Source: Octopus sinensis
Taxonomy: Eukaryota
DNA: 64,000 nucleotides
Assembly (NCBI RefSeq): GCF_006345805.1
Contig: NC_043021.1
Location: 18,104,001 to 18,168,000, forward strand
Direction: 5' to 3'
Shown: positions 13,218 through 27,216 of the stretch, piece by piece
Numbering within the stretch: position 1 is the stretch's first letter
How the letters are laid out: each line of letters opens with the position of its first letter
Notes under the pieces: generated by a model
Database searches by the model: none
What the model was told of the DNA's origin: nothing
The model's input: the letters and a program-made list of their open reading frames with translations, nothing else
Program-made: the position numbers and the translations under genes

Positions 13218-13580
13218 ACTCTTTTACTTGTTTCAGTCATTTGACTGCAGTCATGGTGGAGTACCGCCTTTAGTCGAGGAACTTGACCCCGGGACTTATT
13301 CTTTGTAAGCCCAGTACTTATTCTATCGGTCTCTTTTGCTGAACCGCTAAGTGACGGGGACATAAACACACCAGCATCGGTTGTCAAGCAATGCTAGGGG
13401 GACAAACACAGACACACATACATATATATATACATATATACGACAGGCTTCTTTCAGTTTTTGTCTACCAAATCCACTCACAAGGCTTTGGTCGGCCCGA
13501 GGCTATAGTAGAAGACACTTGCCCAAAGTGCCATGCAGTGGGACTGAACCCGGAACCATGTGGTTGGTAAGCAAGCTACA
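13218..13580 (-). mobile_element. tRNA-derived SINE (family B); an older + strand 5' half abuts it at ~13075-13215
   Basis: Near-identical to 38161-38566 and 63706-64000. B-box-like ggttcagtcc followed by ttgggcaagt on the minus strand. Confidence 0.85.
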
Positions 13581-16369
13581 TATAAAACAAAGCATTAGCG
13601 CAAAGCAGTTTTAGGTTAGTTGAAATATGCTTGTCACATATTTCAACTGCTAAAAGGCAAATACATTGCAGTTACAGTGGAGGAAAATCTCTCTTATGGT
13701 AGAAAGGTGTGAAAACACCCAGTTCGTTCAGTGTCACCATCTCTCAGAAATCTCAGACAGTGATGTTTCGAGTTTTTTGGCTCTTGCCAATGAGATGTAC
13801 CTAAGAGAGGCAACTCTGAACAAACTAAATAAAGCCTGCAGCTTTATATATAACTCAGTCAGCACATTGACTGATTTGCGCTAGTTGATCAAACCTAGTG
13901 GATTAAAATTAATTAATGATGCATTGGTGGGAGACAATAACAATACAAAGACACATATATACATACACATTATCCACCTCTGCTTGACAACTAGTGTTTG
14001 TTTGTTTATGTCCCTGTAACTTTACAGTTTGGTCAAAAAAATAAGCATAAAAGCTGATAGAATAAGTGAATAAGTACCAGGCTTTATAACCAAAAATCTC
14101 CTGGGGTTGATATGTTCAGCCAAACTTTTCAAGGTGGTGTCCTAGCATGGCTGCAGTCAGTAAAAGAAGATAGAAGATAAATAGAAAGCAGAAAGTTGTT
14201 TATGGATTGGGGAAAGTTCACTGAAACTTTCCCAACTTTGGTATCAACATTTGGTGGAGAGTTCCATATTCTGAGAGAGAGAAAGAGAGAGTATTTCTTT
14301 ATTCACCATAAGGTTGAGTAAAAGAGGGGACAAAACAAACGTTGGGGTCAGGGTATCGAATGAGACGAAACGTATGAATAAACAAACAATTAGAATATAT
14401 ACAATTAAATGAGAATGAGTGAATAACAAAAAATGAAGCGGAGGATGCGGTTGACCCCACAAACCACATACTCACACTGAAGACTTTGCTTTCTCCTTTT
14501 TCACATTCTCGATTAAACAGGTTCTTTCACTCGCAACATACTTGCTATAGACTTCCATCTTTTGAGAGATGCATGCATGCCCTGCTTGATGGGTTTTGAT
14601 ACAGCTTCTGTCTATCAAATTTCAACCATAAGAACAATGTGATATTGGAAACACTTGCCTAAGGTACTGTGTCATGAACCTGAACCCACAACCACATTAT
14701 TGCAAAGCATGCATCTAAATGAAACAGATACACCTATTCTGATATGTCAGGAGAGTTTTGCAGATGTTGTAAGGATATTATGATTCTTAATGCCATTAAA
14801 ACTCCAGATTGGACACAAAATATGTGTAAATACACACATATGCACACACTCTCACATATGCATAAACACATGTACATAGACACACACGCACACGCATACA
14901 GAAACTGTTCTATTTTCTTTGTTCTTCTGTGAAATAAAAATCAATTTGAAAATGAGTTGTCGAATAGATATGGTTATATTAAAGTAATTAACTGATAATG
15001 AGGAAGTTTTCCGAAATATTAGGCTGGGAATAATCCCAGTTAATTATCCACTTAGCTTCTGCTTCCCTTTTTCCCCTCCCAATTTCTTATCCATGAATTG
15101 AATACTCCCAAGGTAATGTGTGATATCTAGTTTGTTTGCCTCACACCCCCTCCTTCATCATCATTTTAATATTGTTTATAGCCGTGGCTTCTCCTCTCCC
15201 TTCTCTCTTTCTCTCTTTTGTTTATTATTGATGAAATGGTATCAATTAACCATCGAGAAAACTGCTCCACTTCAAATATATATTTAATTAAAATGTGTGT
15301 ATGTATGTATGTATGTATGTATATATGTATTGTGTGTGTTGTGATTTCTTCGTATACACCTGGAAGTGCTTGATACACGTATGTAATAAAATGTATACAT
15401 TGTGTATGTGAAGGTAATATTGTAGTCTCACATGCCCATACACACACACACAGTGTGTAGATGTCAGTAATCCTCACTGGATTTGAAGCAGTATATTTAC
15501 ATCCACATACAGGGCAGCATATCCGCTGGTTATTGGGTGTCTATGAAGTTATCTGTCATTTTCATGCCATAATCAGGTAAGATAATATACAGGTGAAAGT
15601 TTATAGGAGTTAATTAGACAGATCACTTTGTTCATAGACTTTGTGGTGTAACTCCTAACATATTTGACTTGACACAACAGTTATGTGGCTTAATTTCTTT
15701 GAGAGATCTGTTCAATCTAATTTCTCAAGGCACACTTGTAAATTTTCTTATACATAATTACATATTACATTGCTGCATGGTAAGAAATTTGTTAGGCACA
15801 GATGCTTCCCAACCACATGGTTCTAGGTTCAGTCCCACTGCATGGAATCTTGTTCAAGCGTCTTCTACTATAGCCTTAGACTGACCAAAACCTTGTGAGT
15901 AGATTTGGCAGATGGAAACTGAAAGAAACCCATCATATATATGTGTGAGTTTGTCCCCCAACACCAGTTGACAACTGGTGTTGGTGTGTTTACATCCCCA
16001 TAATGTAGTGATTTTGTAAACAAGACCAACAGAATAAGTACCAGGCTTAAAAAAATAAAAAGTACTAGAAACTTGGTTGGAATGCTTATTTAATTGACCC
16101 CGAAAGGATGAAAGGCAAAGTCGACCTCAGCGGAATTTGAACTCAGAACGTACCGGCAGATGAAATACCGCTAAGCATTTCGCCTGGCGTGCTAATGTTT
16201 CTGTTAGCTCACCTGGTGCAGCCTTCTGGCTCACCAGTCCTCAGTCAAACCGTCCAACCCATGCCAGCATGGAAAGCGGATGTTAAACAATGATGATGAT
16301 GATATATATATACACACACACATGCTTAAATATGTACATAACTATATTCAATCTATCATAAATTGTTAT

Positions 16370-17450
16370 ACTATGGCATGTAATAGCAAAACCTTAAGTG
16401 GAAGGTTTTAATGCCAAGATTGTAACTTTTATGAAATAAAATCATCAAAACTTTGTTTATTCAAATCCAGTTTAAAAATTGTGTTCCCTCTGTGGCTAAA
16501 TAGTCTTATAACGTTTCGGGTAAGAATGTGCAAGTTTTGAGATATAAATCAGTAATCAGGTTAAATTCCTCAATGATGATAGCTGAAAATTTCTGTATAT
16601 TGGTGATGTTGCATTGGTGCAGCAAAAATGAGCATTGAGGATGATAGAAGTACCTGGCCTAGGGTGGCAACATCTGACTTAAGAAAGGTTGTGCTGTTAT
16701 ACAGGAGTTTTGTTACCTACAATAGTGGGTGACCCCAGGCAGCTCTGGTGTTGTAGTTGAAGGAGCCAAAACATCTAGAGAGCTGCTTTACTGCCTGTTG
16801 AGACATCAATCCTATATTTGGAGATGGAGTTTAGCAGCACCCTGAGTACACAAGTGTTTACCCTAGATGTCTCTGCAAGAACTCAGGAACTATCAAGGTA
16901 GGAAATGTTGCAGGCCATTCCCAAAATATTCCACAGCATCCTATCCACCGATTTAAATTCATGTTGTAACCATGCACCAGTGATGCTGGCTCCCTCTTTC
17001 ACCAAGAAATGTATGAACCACTGTCAAGTAGTGTAAGGAATCCAGATCAGAAGTCATCAGTAAACAGCTGGATATAATGATCAGCATTGCCAGTGCTGGA
17101 AAAAAATGAAAGATCCAGTTACATTGGAACGGTCCAAATACACAATCCGAGACTAAGCACGCATCATCATTTTATGTTGGTTTTCATCAGAAGGGTTATC
17201 TACAGTATAAATCATTCAGCTGTGTTGATTGATGCCTCCCTCTACATGAAATGTTGCCTCATCTGGCTAAATAATGTGATCAATAAGATAAGGATTGTTT
17301 CAAAAGAATTTCACCATTTCCTTGCAGAAGCTCAATGTTGAAAATCATCTTTATTTCATGTTTATATGTGTCTATGTTACAGCAAGGTTTGGCTGATATC
17401 CAGTTTTAATGAGCCATGTTGCATAAAAGATGTTTACAACGTTGGCTGAC
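16370..17450 (-). pseudogene. Decayed Tc1/mariner-superfamily (Tc3/DUF4817-associated type) transposase
   Basis: Minus-strand manual translation gives FCKEMVKFF*NNPYLIDHII*PDEATFHVEGGINQH (cf. ILFSDEATFHLNGxVN) and NRWIGCCGIFWEWPATFPTLIVPEF (cf. RWIGRGGPIEWPPRSPDLTPLDF). Many stops and frameshifts. Confidence 0.75.
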
Positions 17451-18682
17451 ATTGTCTTCTGTCCTAACTGACACTGGCCAACCAGAACATGGCAATCATT
17501 AAACTGAGTCTGTACTCTCCTACTTGCTAACCACATCGATCTTTCTTCTCGTTGGTCGATCACCTCTGAACTTCTTTCTCTATTATTGTTGAATTGAAAT
17601 TGGTTATGGAAATAAGATATTTTGGCTTAACCAGTCTCACACATTTGGGAATACTGTCAATCAATTTACTAATATCTCTAAAATAAAAATGTGTATATAT
17701 AAACTGCACTTACTTAGTATTAAAGCAACTCTGATGGGGACTATTACAACTCAATAGTTATTTTACAGTGTTATCATAGAACTACTCATGATAGATTCCA
17801 TGTCTATGCAGTCTTCTCTTACTAGTTCTGCTCATTGGACTCCGACTATGCTGTAGTACTTACCTTCAAGAATTTAATCAATCAAATTGACCTCATAAAT
17901 CTGCTACTTATTCTGATAATTCTCATTCCACTGAATTGCTTCTAACTTATGGGGATGTAAACAAACCTACACAGTTGTACAGCATCAAGGAATAAACACA
18001 CATGCACACATACACAAGTTTGTCTTTCATCCTTTCAGGGTCGATAAATAAAGTACCAGTTTCGTACTGGGTCGGTGTAATCGACTTAATCCCTTTGTTT
18101 GTCCTTGTTGTTCCCTCTGTGTTTAGCCCCTTGTGGGTAGTAAAGAAATAGCTTGTGATAACTTCTGTCTATGAAATTAATTCAGGAATAAGTCAGAAGC
18201 CAATTGTCCAAGATGCCACGGAGTGGGATACATCCGTGGTTTCAAAGAAAGCTTCTTAACCACACAGATGTACCTTAATCTGTGTGTGTGTGTGTGTAGA
18301 ATCAGCTGATGATTCACTCCTAATTATGGCTGTGTGTATGTCTGGTGTCCTTGCTTGACTTGTGTAGTGTTTGCCTGTATTTAAATAAAATGTTAACTTG
18401 ATGATAATGGCCAGAGTTAAATCAGTAAATTATTCCTAACAAATATAACTCTACAGCATTTATTGAATATATTCTTCTTTCTAGACAAAGTGTGTGTGTG
18501 TTTTTATTGAGTGTGACTTCTGTGTTTTTTCATGTATATGGCATATTCAAACTGAATAAACCAGCAAAATTATGAAGTCACTGTCTATTAAATTATTTTA
18601 AGTATTACACTCTATATTTGTATTGAGTCCTTTATTCAGTTAATGTTTGTTGATACTATGTTTATAAAACATTTATTTTAAC

Positions 18683-18723
<41 letters not shown>

Positions 18724-19532
18724 ATAAAATCTTCAAAGAATATTCTGTGCATTTTGTGTGTGGTCTTTTTGATTGCTAATTTGTGGAAAATTAAGAGTTA
18801 TTTAATATATTTTTCCCTTAAGAAACCCAATTCAGATTTTTAAACATCAAAAGCCAATAAATTTTTTTTTCAAAAATCTCATTTTATTTGATATAACTTT
18901 TTAACAGTATTATATTAATTTAAACAGTTTTCAATTTCCATTAATTTGTGCATGGTGTTGGATTTTTTTTACAAACATTATTTTAAATGGTTTCTAATGA
19001 TTTTTGTCGTCATTTTTTACTGGTTCTCTCAAGCAAAACTAAAAGTATTACTTACAGAATTGAATACTTAGAACTACAGTAGCAAAGCATGATTTCTCCT
19101 ATGGAGTAACCATGATCCTGATATCAAATAGGATTTTAAAAACATTAGTTGTTAATTAGGAATTAAATATTGGTTTCTTGTCATCCTTTCTCAATAGAAA
19201 ATTTTATAATTTGAGACACAATTGATTACATTAGCCCTGTTATAAAACTGGTACTTAGTACTGAACCAGTAAGAAAGTCCCTGTGTGGTTGCACGACCTG
19301 CTAGAAATAGTAGCTAATTTTCTCGTTAATCACACAGCTTTCCTACTTAAAAAAAAGGTAGAATGCATTGGATCCTTCCTTTTGTAAGTGGGAAGGCTGT
19401 GGTCTCAGACACTGTCTGAATAAAAGACACTGACAACTAGAACATCTTTAATCGAAGGAATGTCTTTGATCATTGGTCTGGTGCATTAGAATTGACTTTG
19501 GTATAATAAAGCAACAAATGGATTTCTTTCTT

Positions 19533-19563
<31 letters not shown>

Positions 19564-19593
19564 CGGTCTCTAGTCATTTCCTTGGTGAGACCT

Positions 19594-20200
19594 TCGAACT
19601 TTAGGTCTCACCAAGGATATGACTAGAGACCGAGACCTTTGGAAGTATGCTGTGCGTGAGAAGACCCCGGCAGGACAAGTGAGACCATAACCCGTGGCTT
19701 CTACCTGGGATGTAGCCAGTCCACTTATGCATACCTTTCCTTCTTGGGACACAAAACTCTACTTGTGAAGACCTGTTGAGTCAAGTGAAAATCAAAATCA
19801 AAATCGAAATTGATCAACATCAATGGAAATTCTAGCTGTGATACCAGTGCCAGTGGCACATAAGAGAACCATCCAAACGTGGCTGTTGCCAGCGCCGCCC
19901 CGACTGGCCTCCATGGCGGTGGCACGTAAAAAGCACCATCCGATCATGGCCGTTGCCAGCCTCGCCTGGCCTCCGTACCAGTGGCTGTTTGCCAGCCTCG
20001 TCTGGCACCTGTGCCGGTGGCACGTAAAAAGCACCCACTACACTCACAGAGTGGTTGGCGTTAGGAAGGGCATCCAGCCGTAGAAACATTGCCAGATCAG
20101 ACTGGGCCTGGTGCAGCCTTCTGGCTTCCCAGACCCCAGTTGAACCATCCAACCCATGCTAGCATGGAAAGCGGACGTTAAACGATGATGATGATGATAA
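19594..20200 (+). mobile_element. 5'-truncated RTE-clade LINE (ORF C-terminus plus 3'UTR)
   Basis: DLRTLGLTKDMTRDRDLWKYAVREKT...* resembles an RTE ORF end. The UTR carries internal ggcacgtaaaaagcacc repeats and ends in (GAT)n. Confidence 0.8.
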
Positions 20201-20838
20201 TGACTTAAAAATTTTCTTCGCAGCTACATAGTTTGTGTTGAATCTCACTGCATGAATCCTTGGACAAGTGTTTTTATCATAGCCTTGGTTGTCTTGAACC
20301 TTGTTAGTAACACCATTTGGTAAATGGAAGCTGTGCTGTAGTCTCTTTCTCTCGTGTGTGTATCTGACAGATGTAAATATCCACAAGAAAAAAAAACAAA
20401 TTGTGCCTGTGTGTTTCATGAATGACGTCCCTTAAGTTATGTTAAAGACTACATTGTTACTGTCACCAACAGGAATGCATTGGAGCAGTGATTGACATGT
20501 AGGTAATTTGTAAGCAAAGATGCCATTGTTGACCACCAACTGAGGTGTAAAATAAATAATAACCATTCTGGATTTTGAATTATGAAACAAAAACCAGTTG
20601 AAAAATGAATTAGATGTTACACAGTAGTTAGCGTCTCCAGCATCATTGATTAAATAACTACACCATCATCACCACCATCATTTAACGTACATTTTCCATG
20701 CTGGCATGGGTTGGACTGTTTGACAGGGGCTGGCAATCTGGAGAGTGACACCAGCTTCCATCTGTCTGTTTTGGCATGGTTTCTATGGCTGGACACCTTT
20801 CCTAACACCAGCCACTTTACAGAGTGTACTCCTTATGT

Positions 20839-21039
20839 CAGTGCTTTTCAAACTTTTTGCTGAAGCGGAACCCCAAGGAAACGTTCCACTGGCTCGAGGA
20901 ACCCCTGTGCAATAATTTAATTGTCTTATGCACACATATCTGCACAGGAGAATTAAAAATTACTGTCGATTTTAGCATTTTTGTAACTTCTTGCGGAACC
21001 CCTGGACTGTACTGGCGGAACCCTGGTTGAAAACCACTG
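20839..21039. mobile_element. hAT MITE (same family as 12228) inserted in an RTE 3'UTR copy
   Basis: Same TIRs, with a perfect 8-bp TSD ccttatgt at 20831-20838 and 21040-21047. Confidence 0.9.
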
Positions 21040-22589
21040 CCTTATGTGGCACCTGCACAGATGCTTTGTATGTGGTACCAGCACAGGTGCTGGAAATTTT
21101 CTTAAGGGATTTGATCTTAGAAACACAAATAATTGAGGTAGATTATACCACAAAGCATTTAGTCAGCCTCTCTATTTTCTTGATCTGATTCTGTCTCCTC
21201 CTTTACCCCTCCCCACTTGTTTTGGTGTTTCAGTAATGGAAGTAGATTTACAAGAAGATTGCTAATGGTGTAGAATATTAATAACTAGAATTGCAATACA
21301 TTCACACCAAATAAAGCAGTAATTGTTGCAGATAACACACTGTTGAGGATTGCTAATTCTTCGGCATTCATTTCTGTAATTGTGCAACTGCTGCAAGCTT
21401 TATGGAGTTGAAAACAACAGCTTAGAGCTGCAATTAATATCGCAATATTAATTTTGATGTCTCTTTATTGTCATGGAGATGTGAGAGATTTTTAAGGTCT
21501 CTCTATTAAAGTTAGCCTGTGTAAGACGAGTTGTGGTGGCTAAGAAAGAATAACCCAGAAAGAATAAAGAGGGACATCTCTGTGATGTCATCGTTATCAA
21601 TGTCGTCGTGAGAGGATTAATTAATCAGTGATTGCAAAAAAACATTTCGAGGGAACTGACATGTAACACTATTCTTCAAATAAGAATTATTTCTTCTTCT
21701 ATTTGATTCTGTGGAAATGTTTCAGGCTATGTAGCGTTGGTAATGGGATGCGAGACAAAGAGTGACTTGATGTTTAAATTAAGATGATTGATTTCGCTTT
21801 TAAATCTCTATTGATCAAATAAATTCAATCACAGTAATGATGATCAAGTCTTTTAATAAGTCATTTTCCCATATGAATTAATTAATATATTTAATATTTA
21901 ATTTTTGTATTAGAGTTGAATTTAAATGAATTTCACTGGTTATTATCTAGTTCCAAATCAACTCTGATTCAACAGAGCTATGATAATGGCATTCTGACCA
22001 TGACCATCCTGTCATTGTATATAATTAGTACTACATTGTCCAATATGGTTCCTCTAAGAGAGTAGGGTGTAATTTAAGAACTTTGCTGTTATTTCAAGCG
22101 GATCAAGTAATCATGTAGGTGCCCCTTTGTGGTCTTGTGAATTTAATTGAATAAATTTGATGAAGGAGTAATAAGCCATATATGGTACTAATTGCCTCGT
22201 GATTATTATGTAATTCCTTAATATTTGAAACTGCTCAGAAGTGGCTGGTTTGCGATGTTAAGGAAAAGTGAAAGTAAAAATAGAACACTCAGGAATCCAA
22301 TTTGGAGGTGAACTGCTTCAACATAAAAATGAGAAAAAATTTATTGAGCCTCATAAAATTTTATTACTTGTTAGGCCTTGAGAAGGGGGGAATTCTGATA
22401 ATTCTGAAGAAATAAAAAAGAGTATTAGATGTAAGACAGGTGTTTCTACATAGCCTTCCAACAGACTTCTCAAAAATCTCCAAAGAGGCTGCCCTGATCA
22501 AAGCGCTGAAACTTACCTCTCCTCACAGCATAGAGAGTTGCATTGTTTTGTGAATTTCATTCAGTATAAAGTTGCTTGTGTTTGTTTGA

Positions 22590-23029
22590 GCTTTTAGCCT
22601 TCTGATTATTCTGTCAAATGTTCTGCTTATTTTTTTACATTGTTTTGAATTAATCAGGCATTATCTCATAACTTAAATATTTCAATGATGTGATTGTCTA
22701 TTTATGGGATAACATTGTAGGGTAGGTGTGAGAGGCCAGATCTGGCCAATTTGAACACAAAACAGGTAGAATATTTTGCTTGGATATGGCCAGTTTAACC
22801 CTTTTGATACCAACCCGCCTGAAACCGCCTCTGGCTCTGTAGTACAAATGCCTTGTTTTTAAAAGTTCTGAATTAAAATCTTTCAACAAACCTTAGTCAC
22901 AATTTGTATTCTTAACACTAGCTCAATGATAACTAAGTTATTTTACTAAATTCTTTGTTTTATTTAAAATTAATTGAAGGAAATACAACAGAAATATGGT
23001 AACAAAAGGCTTAAATGCTAAAGGGTTAA
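22590..23029 (-). mobile_element. piggyBac-type MITE with a second piggyBac-type MITE nested at 22795-23014
   Basis: The inner element TTAA|CCCTTTTGATACC ... GGTAACAAAAGGC|TTAA splits the host's gtTTAAatgctaaagggttaa end. Confidence 0.75.
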
Positions 23030-23149
23030 ACTGGTTATGTATAGTCTTGTTGATTTGTGACCTTTGATAGCAGAACCCCAATCAATATTGGCACCTACCA
23101 AATTATAGAGAAAGCTATGTTTTGCTTATTCTTCTTAGTTTCATATATA

Positions 23150-23373
23150 TATTTCTTTACTACCCACAAGGGGCTAAACACAGAGGGGACAAACAAGGAC
23201 AGACAAACGAATTAAGTCGATTATATCGACCCCAGTGCGTAACTGGTACTTAATTTATCGACCCCGAAAGGATGAAAGGCAAAGTCGATCTCGGCAGAAT
23301 TTGAACTTGGAACGTAACGACAGACGAAATACGGCTACGCATTTCACCCGGCGTGCTAACGTTTCTGCCAGCT
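23150..23373 (-). mobile_element. tRNA-derived SINE family A
   Basis: Highly similar to 9279-9510. Confidence 0.85.
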
Positions 23374-24722
23374 CTTATTTTCATATAAACACATCCAGAT
23401 ATTTTTGTCAGCAAGATAATAAACAGAAGAGAGAGTGCCTATGATTTTTGCAGGGTTTTTTTTTTTTTTAGATTAATGAGAATAATGTGTTGGTTGTTTA
23501 GTCTGAATTTTTATAACAAATACACACACACACACACACACACACGCATATATCTGTAATACTGCCTTACTGTGACTACTGGATGGTTGGTATGGTTCCT
23601 CTTCAGATTCATATACATCCTGTTACATGATTTGCTGTCTAGCGCCATTGTCATTTTAATGCTCACATTTTCGATATTTGTCTGGGTCATATGAAATTCA
23701 CTAAGGCAGATTTTCTACAGCTGGATGCTCATTCCGTTGCTAACCTTCACCTGAAATATTTTCCTCCAGTCTTTTTAACATGAACAACACAACATTTTGA
23801 CATATTTCCACTGGAGATTACAAACAAATCCTGCTATTTGCATGACATTTGTATACAATTAGTGTATGATGTTGAAGCAAGGATGGACAGATGGCTGGGA
23901 GAGATACACATGCACACATTACACACCATAACAATAGATTTCTTGATCAGCCTGGGAATGTAGTAAAAGACTTTCCCAAAGTGTCGCACAGTGAGGCTGA
24001 ACCCCAAACCAGGTGGTTGTCAACCAAAATTCTTAACCATTTAGCCATATCTGCACCTATAACAATACTCTGCATTGAGTTATTAATATTGATGTTCTTA
24101 GATATTTGCATACGTAGTTCTAATAAATTCTGACAAAATATTTCTTGGTGCACCAGACATGGAGAGTGTAGCCCCAATATCATCATTTTATTGCAGAATT
24201 AAATATGTTTTGATATATGAATGTGTTTTAAAGATTAATATGCTTTTACATACTGAACCATTTGATAATTTGTGCTGTGTGGCATCCCAAAGCAATTTTA
24301 TCTTCAAAGACTATATGTGAGTGTTTATTACTGAAGATTGCAAGGTGAGAGAAAATTGGAGGTGGAGGGTGGAGAAGCTTGTGGTCTGTAAGTTTAATTC
24401 TAGTTGTAAATAAGTTATTAAATACATGTGTGGTGCATGCGTGTGTGTGTGTATTTGTTTATTTCCCTGTAACTTGGTGGTTGGGCAGAAGGAACTGATA
24501 GAATAAGTATCAGACTTTTAAAAAAAATGAGTACTGGGGTTGATTTGTTTAACTAAACCCTTCAAGATGGGGGCCCCTTCATCTTCGCAATGTCATGACT
24601 GAAACAAGTAAAAGATGAAAATATAAATAAATTCAAAATTCTGAAAGGGGTTATGAAGCAGACTTATATACAATTGTTAGTTATTTTTTTTTGTTTCTAA
24701 AAATTCCGTTTGTCTCTTGCAG

Positions 24723-24849
24723 GTTGTTGGTATGGTTGATGCAATGGAAACTCCGCAAACATTTTCAGGCGGAAGTGAAAGTTGGCTGGACAAGTATTTT
24801 CAATTTCGGCAAAGTCTATCTTAAACTACCAAAGCAAGGACTCCGCGTG
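24723..24849 (+). CDS. BLTP2: Internal coding exon (probably exon 2) of BLTP2/KIAA0100/hobbit, bridge-like lipid transfer protein 2
   Basis: Pyrimidine tract plus tgcAG acceptor (AG 24721-24722) and GTG|GTAGGT donor. The exon is 127 nt, phase 2 in and phase 0 out. Translation xLLVWLMQWKLRKHFQAEVKVGWTSIFNFGKVYLKLPKQGLRV aligns without gaps to the recalled human KIAA0100 segment [43 protein letters not shown]. Confidence 0.82.
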
Positions 24850-25245
24850 GTAGGTTATTTCTTTTTTCTCTGTTCAAATTTCTTTTTGTTTGGCTTTTCT
24901 TTTTACTTGTCCCCCCCCTTTTTTTTTAGACCTAGGCCGTGAAGCATCATTACCTTCATATATAAGATCAATGATTATCACTTCCCCCAAACCCTTACAC
25001 CTTTAATGACCAAGAATATTTTATTCGTTTCAGAATAATGAAAGGCAAAGTGAAACAAGCAGGATTTAAATTGAAAAATGTAAAAAGATACTACCAAGTA
25101 CTGCCACTCCCTCTGTATATTTTCTCAGCCTCCTGTGTTTGTGTGTGTGTATATAAACAAAATCAAACTTATACACAAGGTATGTGTGTTGTTAGTTTGT
25201 GGGTTGGCTGCAGTTTTTAGGTGTAAGAGATATTCTCTATGCACC

Positions 25246-27216
25246 AGGGTGGAGTGAAAAAGGTACTTTTTACACAGATTTTAAAAATATGTTTTCAAGA
25301 ATATATCTTTTATTGCGAAATCCTTTAAAAACAACTGTGCTAAAATCTGAAGTTCTTAAATTTACATCTTCAGGCCCCATAGCCCACTCAAAATGTTGAA
25401 TAATGAGTGGAAAATTAATTTATAACACATTTGCCGTTCCTCATTTTATTTTGTACATTCATTGTTACAAATTGATTTTCTTTTGTGAAATCCTTTAAAA
25501 ACGCGAAAGTGTTAAAATCTCAAGCTCTAAAATTTCTATCTTGAGGCTCTGCAATACACTTGAAATTTCGAAATTATGTGAAATAAATAGACTTTTTGAC
25601 TTTGTTTTCTTTATCATTTTTAATACTAGGTCATCGAATATATGTGTTACATGAGGTCTAGATTACACATGCATTAAAATAAATTAAACAAATTGTCAAG
25701 ATCGTAGCAGAAAAGATAATTCTTCTCAGGCAAAAGGCTAGTTACACCGAAAATCTTAAACTTTCCTTTGCTGACATAGAAGAGCGACTGTTATCTGGCC
25801 GATTCCTTCTAATCAACCTCTAAGCATTCTGTTTAGATACTGCTTGATCTATTCCACCAATGATCATTTTTCGATTTGTATGTTGATCCTGTGAAAAATC
25901 TTGTTCTCTCTGTGGTACCTTTTTGTCTCTACTACAACTGCAGTTTTTAAAGGAGTTGCACTTGAAACAGGAAATCTTTATATATATAAGTGAGGTTGTG
26001 TGCTGTCTGTCTCCTACGATTTAGATTCCTAACTACTCCCACATTTTGCGGTGCAGTTTAACCAAAACTGGGTATCTTATAGTCGTGGTTCATATCGAGC
26101 CCTTCTGGGTATTAGCGTGCGTCTATGATGAGTCTACGATTTAAAAAAAAATTTACCATCAATTTTTCCCATTTCTAATGCATTTTTGGCATATATAAGG
26201 GAAGTAACTCTCTAAAAATTTATTATTAAATCTCAGAACATAAAAAGCTACAGTAACACCCCCTCCCTTTGTGGTTAGCCATATTGAGATGGCTATTATA
26301 CTTTACATCTCTAAAAATGCTTATATAGTTATTTCCCTTACAAACCCGAGCAACGCCGGGCGATACTGCTAGTGTGAAACAAATCTTTTGCGGCATTGTT
26401 TTTAAACTCATTACACTTTGTTTGAAATGATGGCACCTTTTTGCTATTTTTCACAGATTTTAGTAACGCTTGGTACTTTAGATAAAAGTTTAAGATTTTT
26501 GGTTTAACTGACTCAGTCGTAACACAAGGGATGGATGCCTTTTGTCAAAGACAAATTATCTTTTCTGCTACAATTTTGACAATTTGTTTAATTGAAGGAT
26601 CTTTCTTAACTACATTCTCTTCTTTCCCTCATTCAAATAAGACACATTTTAGTACGTCCTTGTAAGCTGGCAAAACTTGCTCGCTAAGATCACATGGAGT
26701 ACCAAATATTGGGCATTCAGTATCATGACGTGTTATTGGCTCATGAGTCACCAGTAAATGTAAACAGCACTAAATTTAACATGATCATTAATTTTGATAC
26801 GATGGCCTAAAGTCAATGTACAAAGCAGAAAACTTCACATGTGTACGATGTATGTCCACATGCAACGACCATTGTAGTGGCACTGGAGAGAAGTTCTCTT
26901 TCTCTTTATAGTCAATGAGGAATCTCAAGATATTAGTCAATTGTATTGAAACTTGGTATGCAACTTCTTAAGGATACTATATTTTTTGTTTTGCATTCTG
27001 CTATGTAGAAATATGTATTTGTTACGAGTTATAAGCCATGAAATCTAAATTTGACTAAAAATAGCGATTTTTAAAATTTTCAATTGTGTTGCAAAGCCTG
27101 AAAAAAATATTTAACCGCAAAGTTCTTTATACGCTTTTTTTTAAACCCTAATTCACAACAATATATCAACTCATTCTTGGTTACCAATTTCGAAAGTTGC
27201 ATTTTTTGCTCCACCC
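25246..27216 (-). mobile_element. Sola2-like DNA transposon relic (internally deleted, Helitron-interrupted)
   Basis: TIRs GGGTGGAGtgAAAAAgG / CATTTTTTgcTCCACCC. Minus-strand peptides LPAYKDVLKC...VAEKIICL*QKASIPCV and LFHISCFKC..CSCSRDKKVPQREQDFSQDQHTNRKMIIGGID resemble recalled Sola2 transposase N-terminal motifs. Confidence 0.65.
25975..26372 (+). mobile_element. Non-autonomous Helitron nested in the Sola2-like relic
   Basis: A|TC ... hairpin ... CTAG|T. Removing it restores the transposase peptide LFH-ISCFKC. Confidence 0.85.

Noticed and set aside
22485-22525. Hammerhead-like CTGATCA...GAAAC
   Set aside because: Core G is replaced and there is no helix III.
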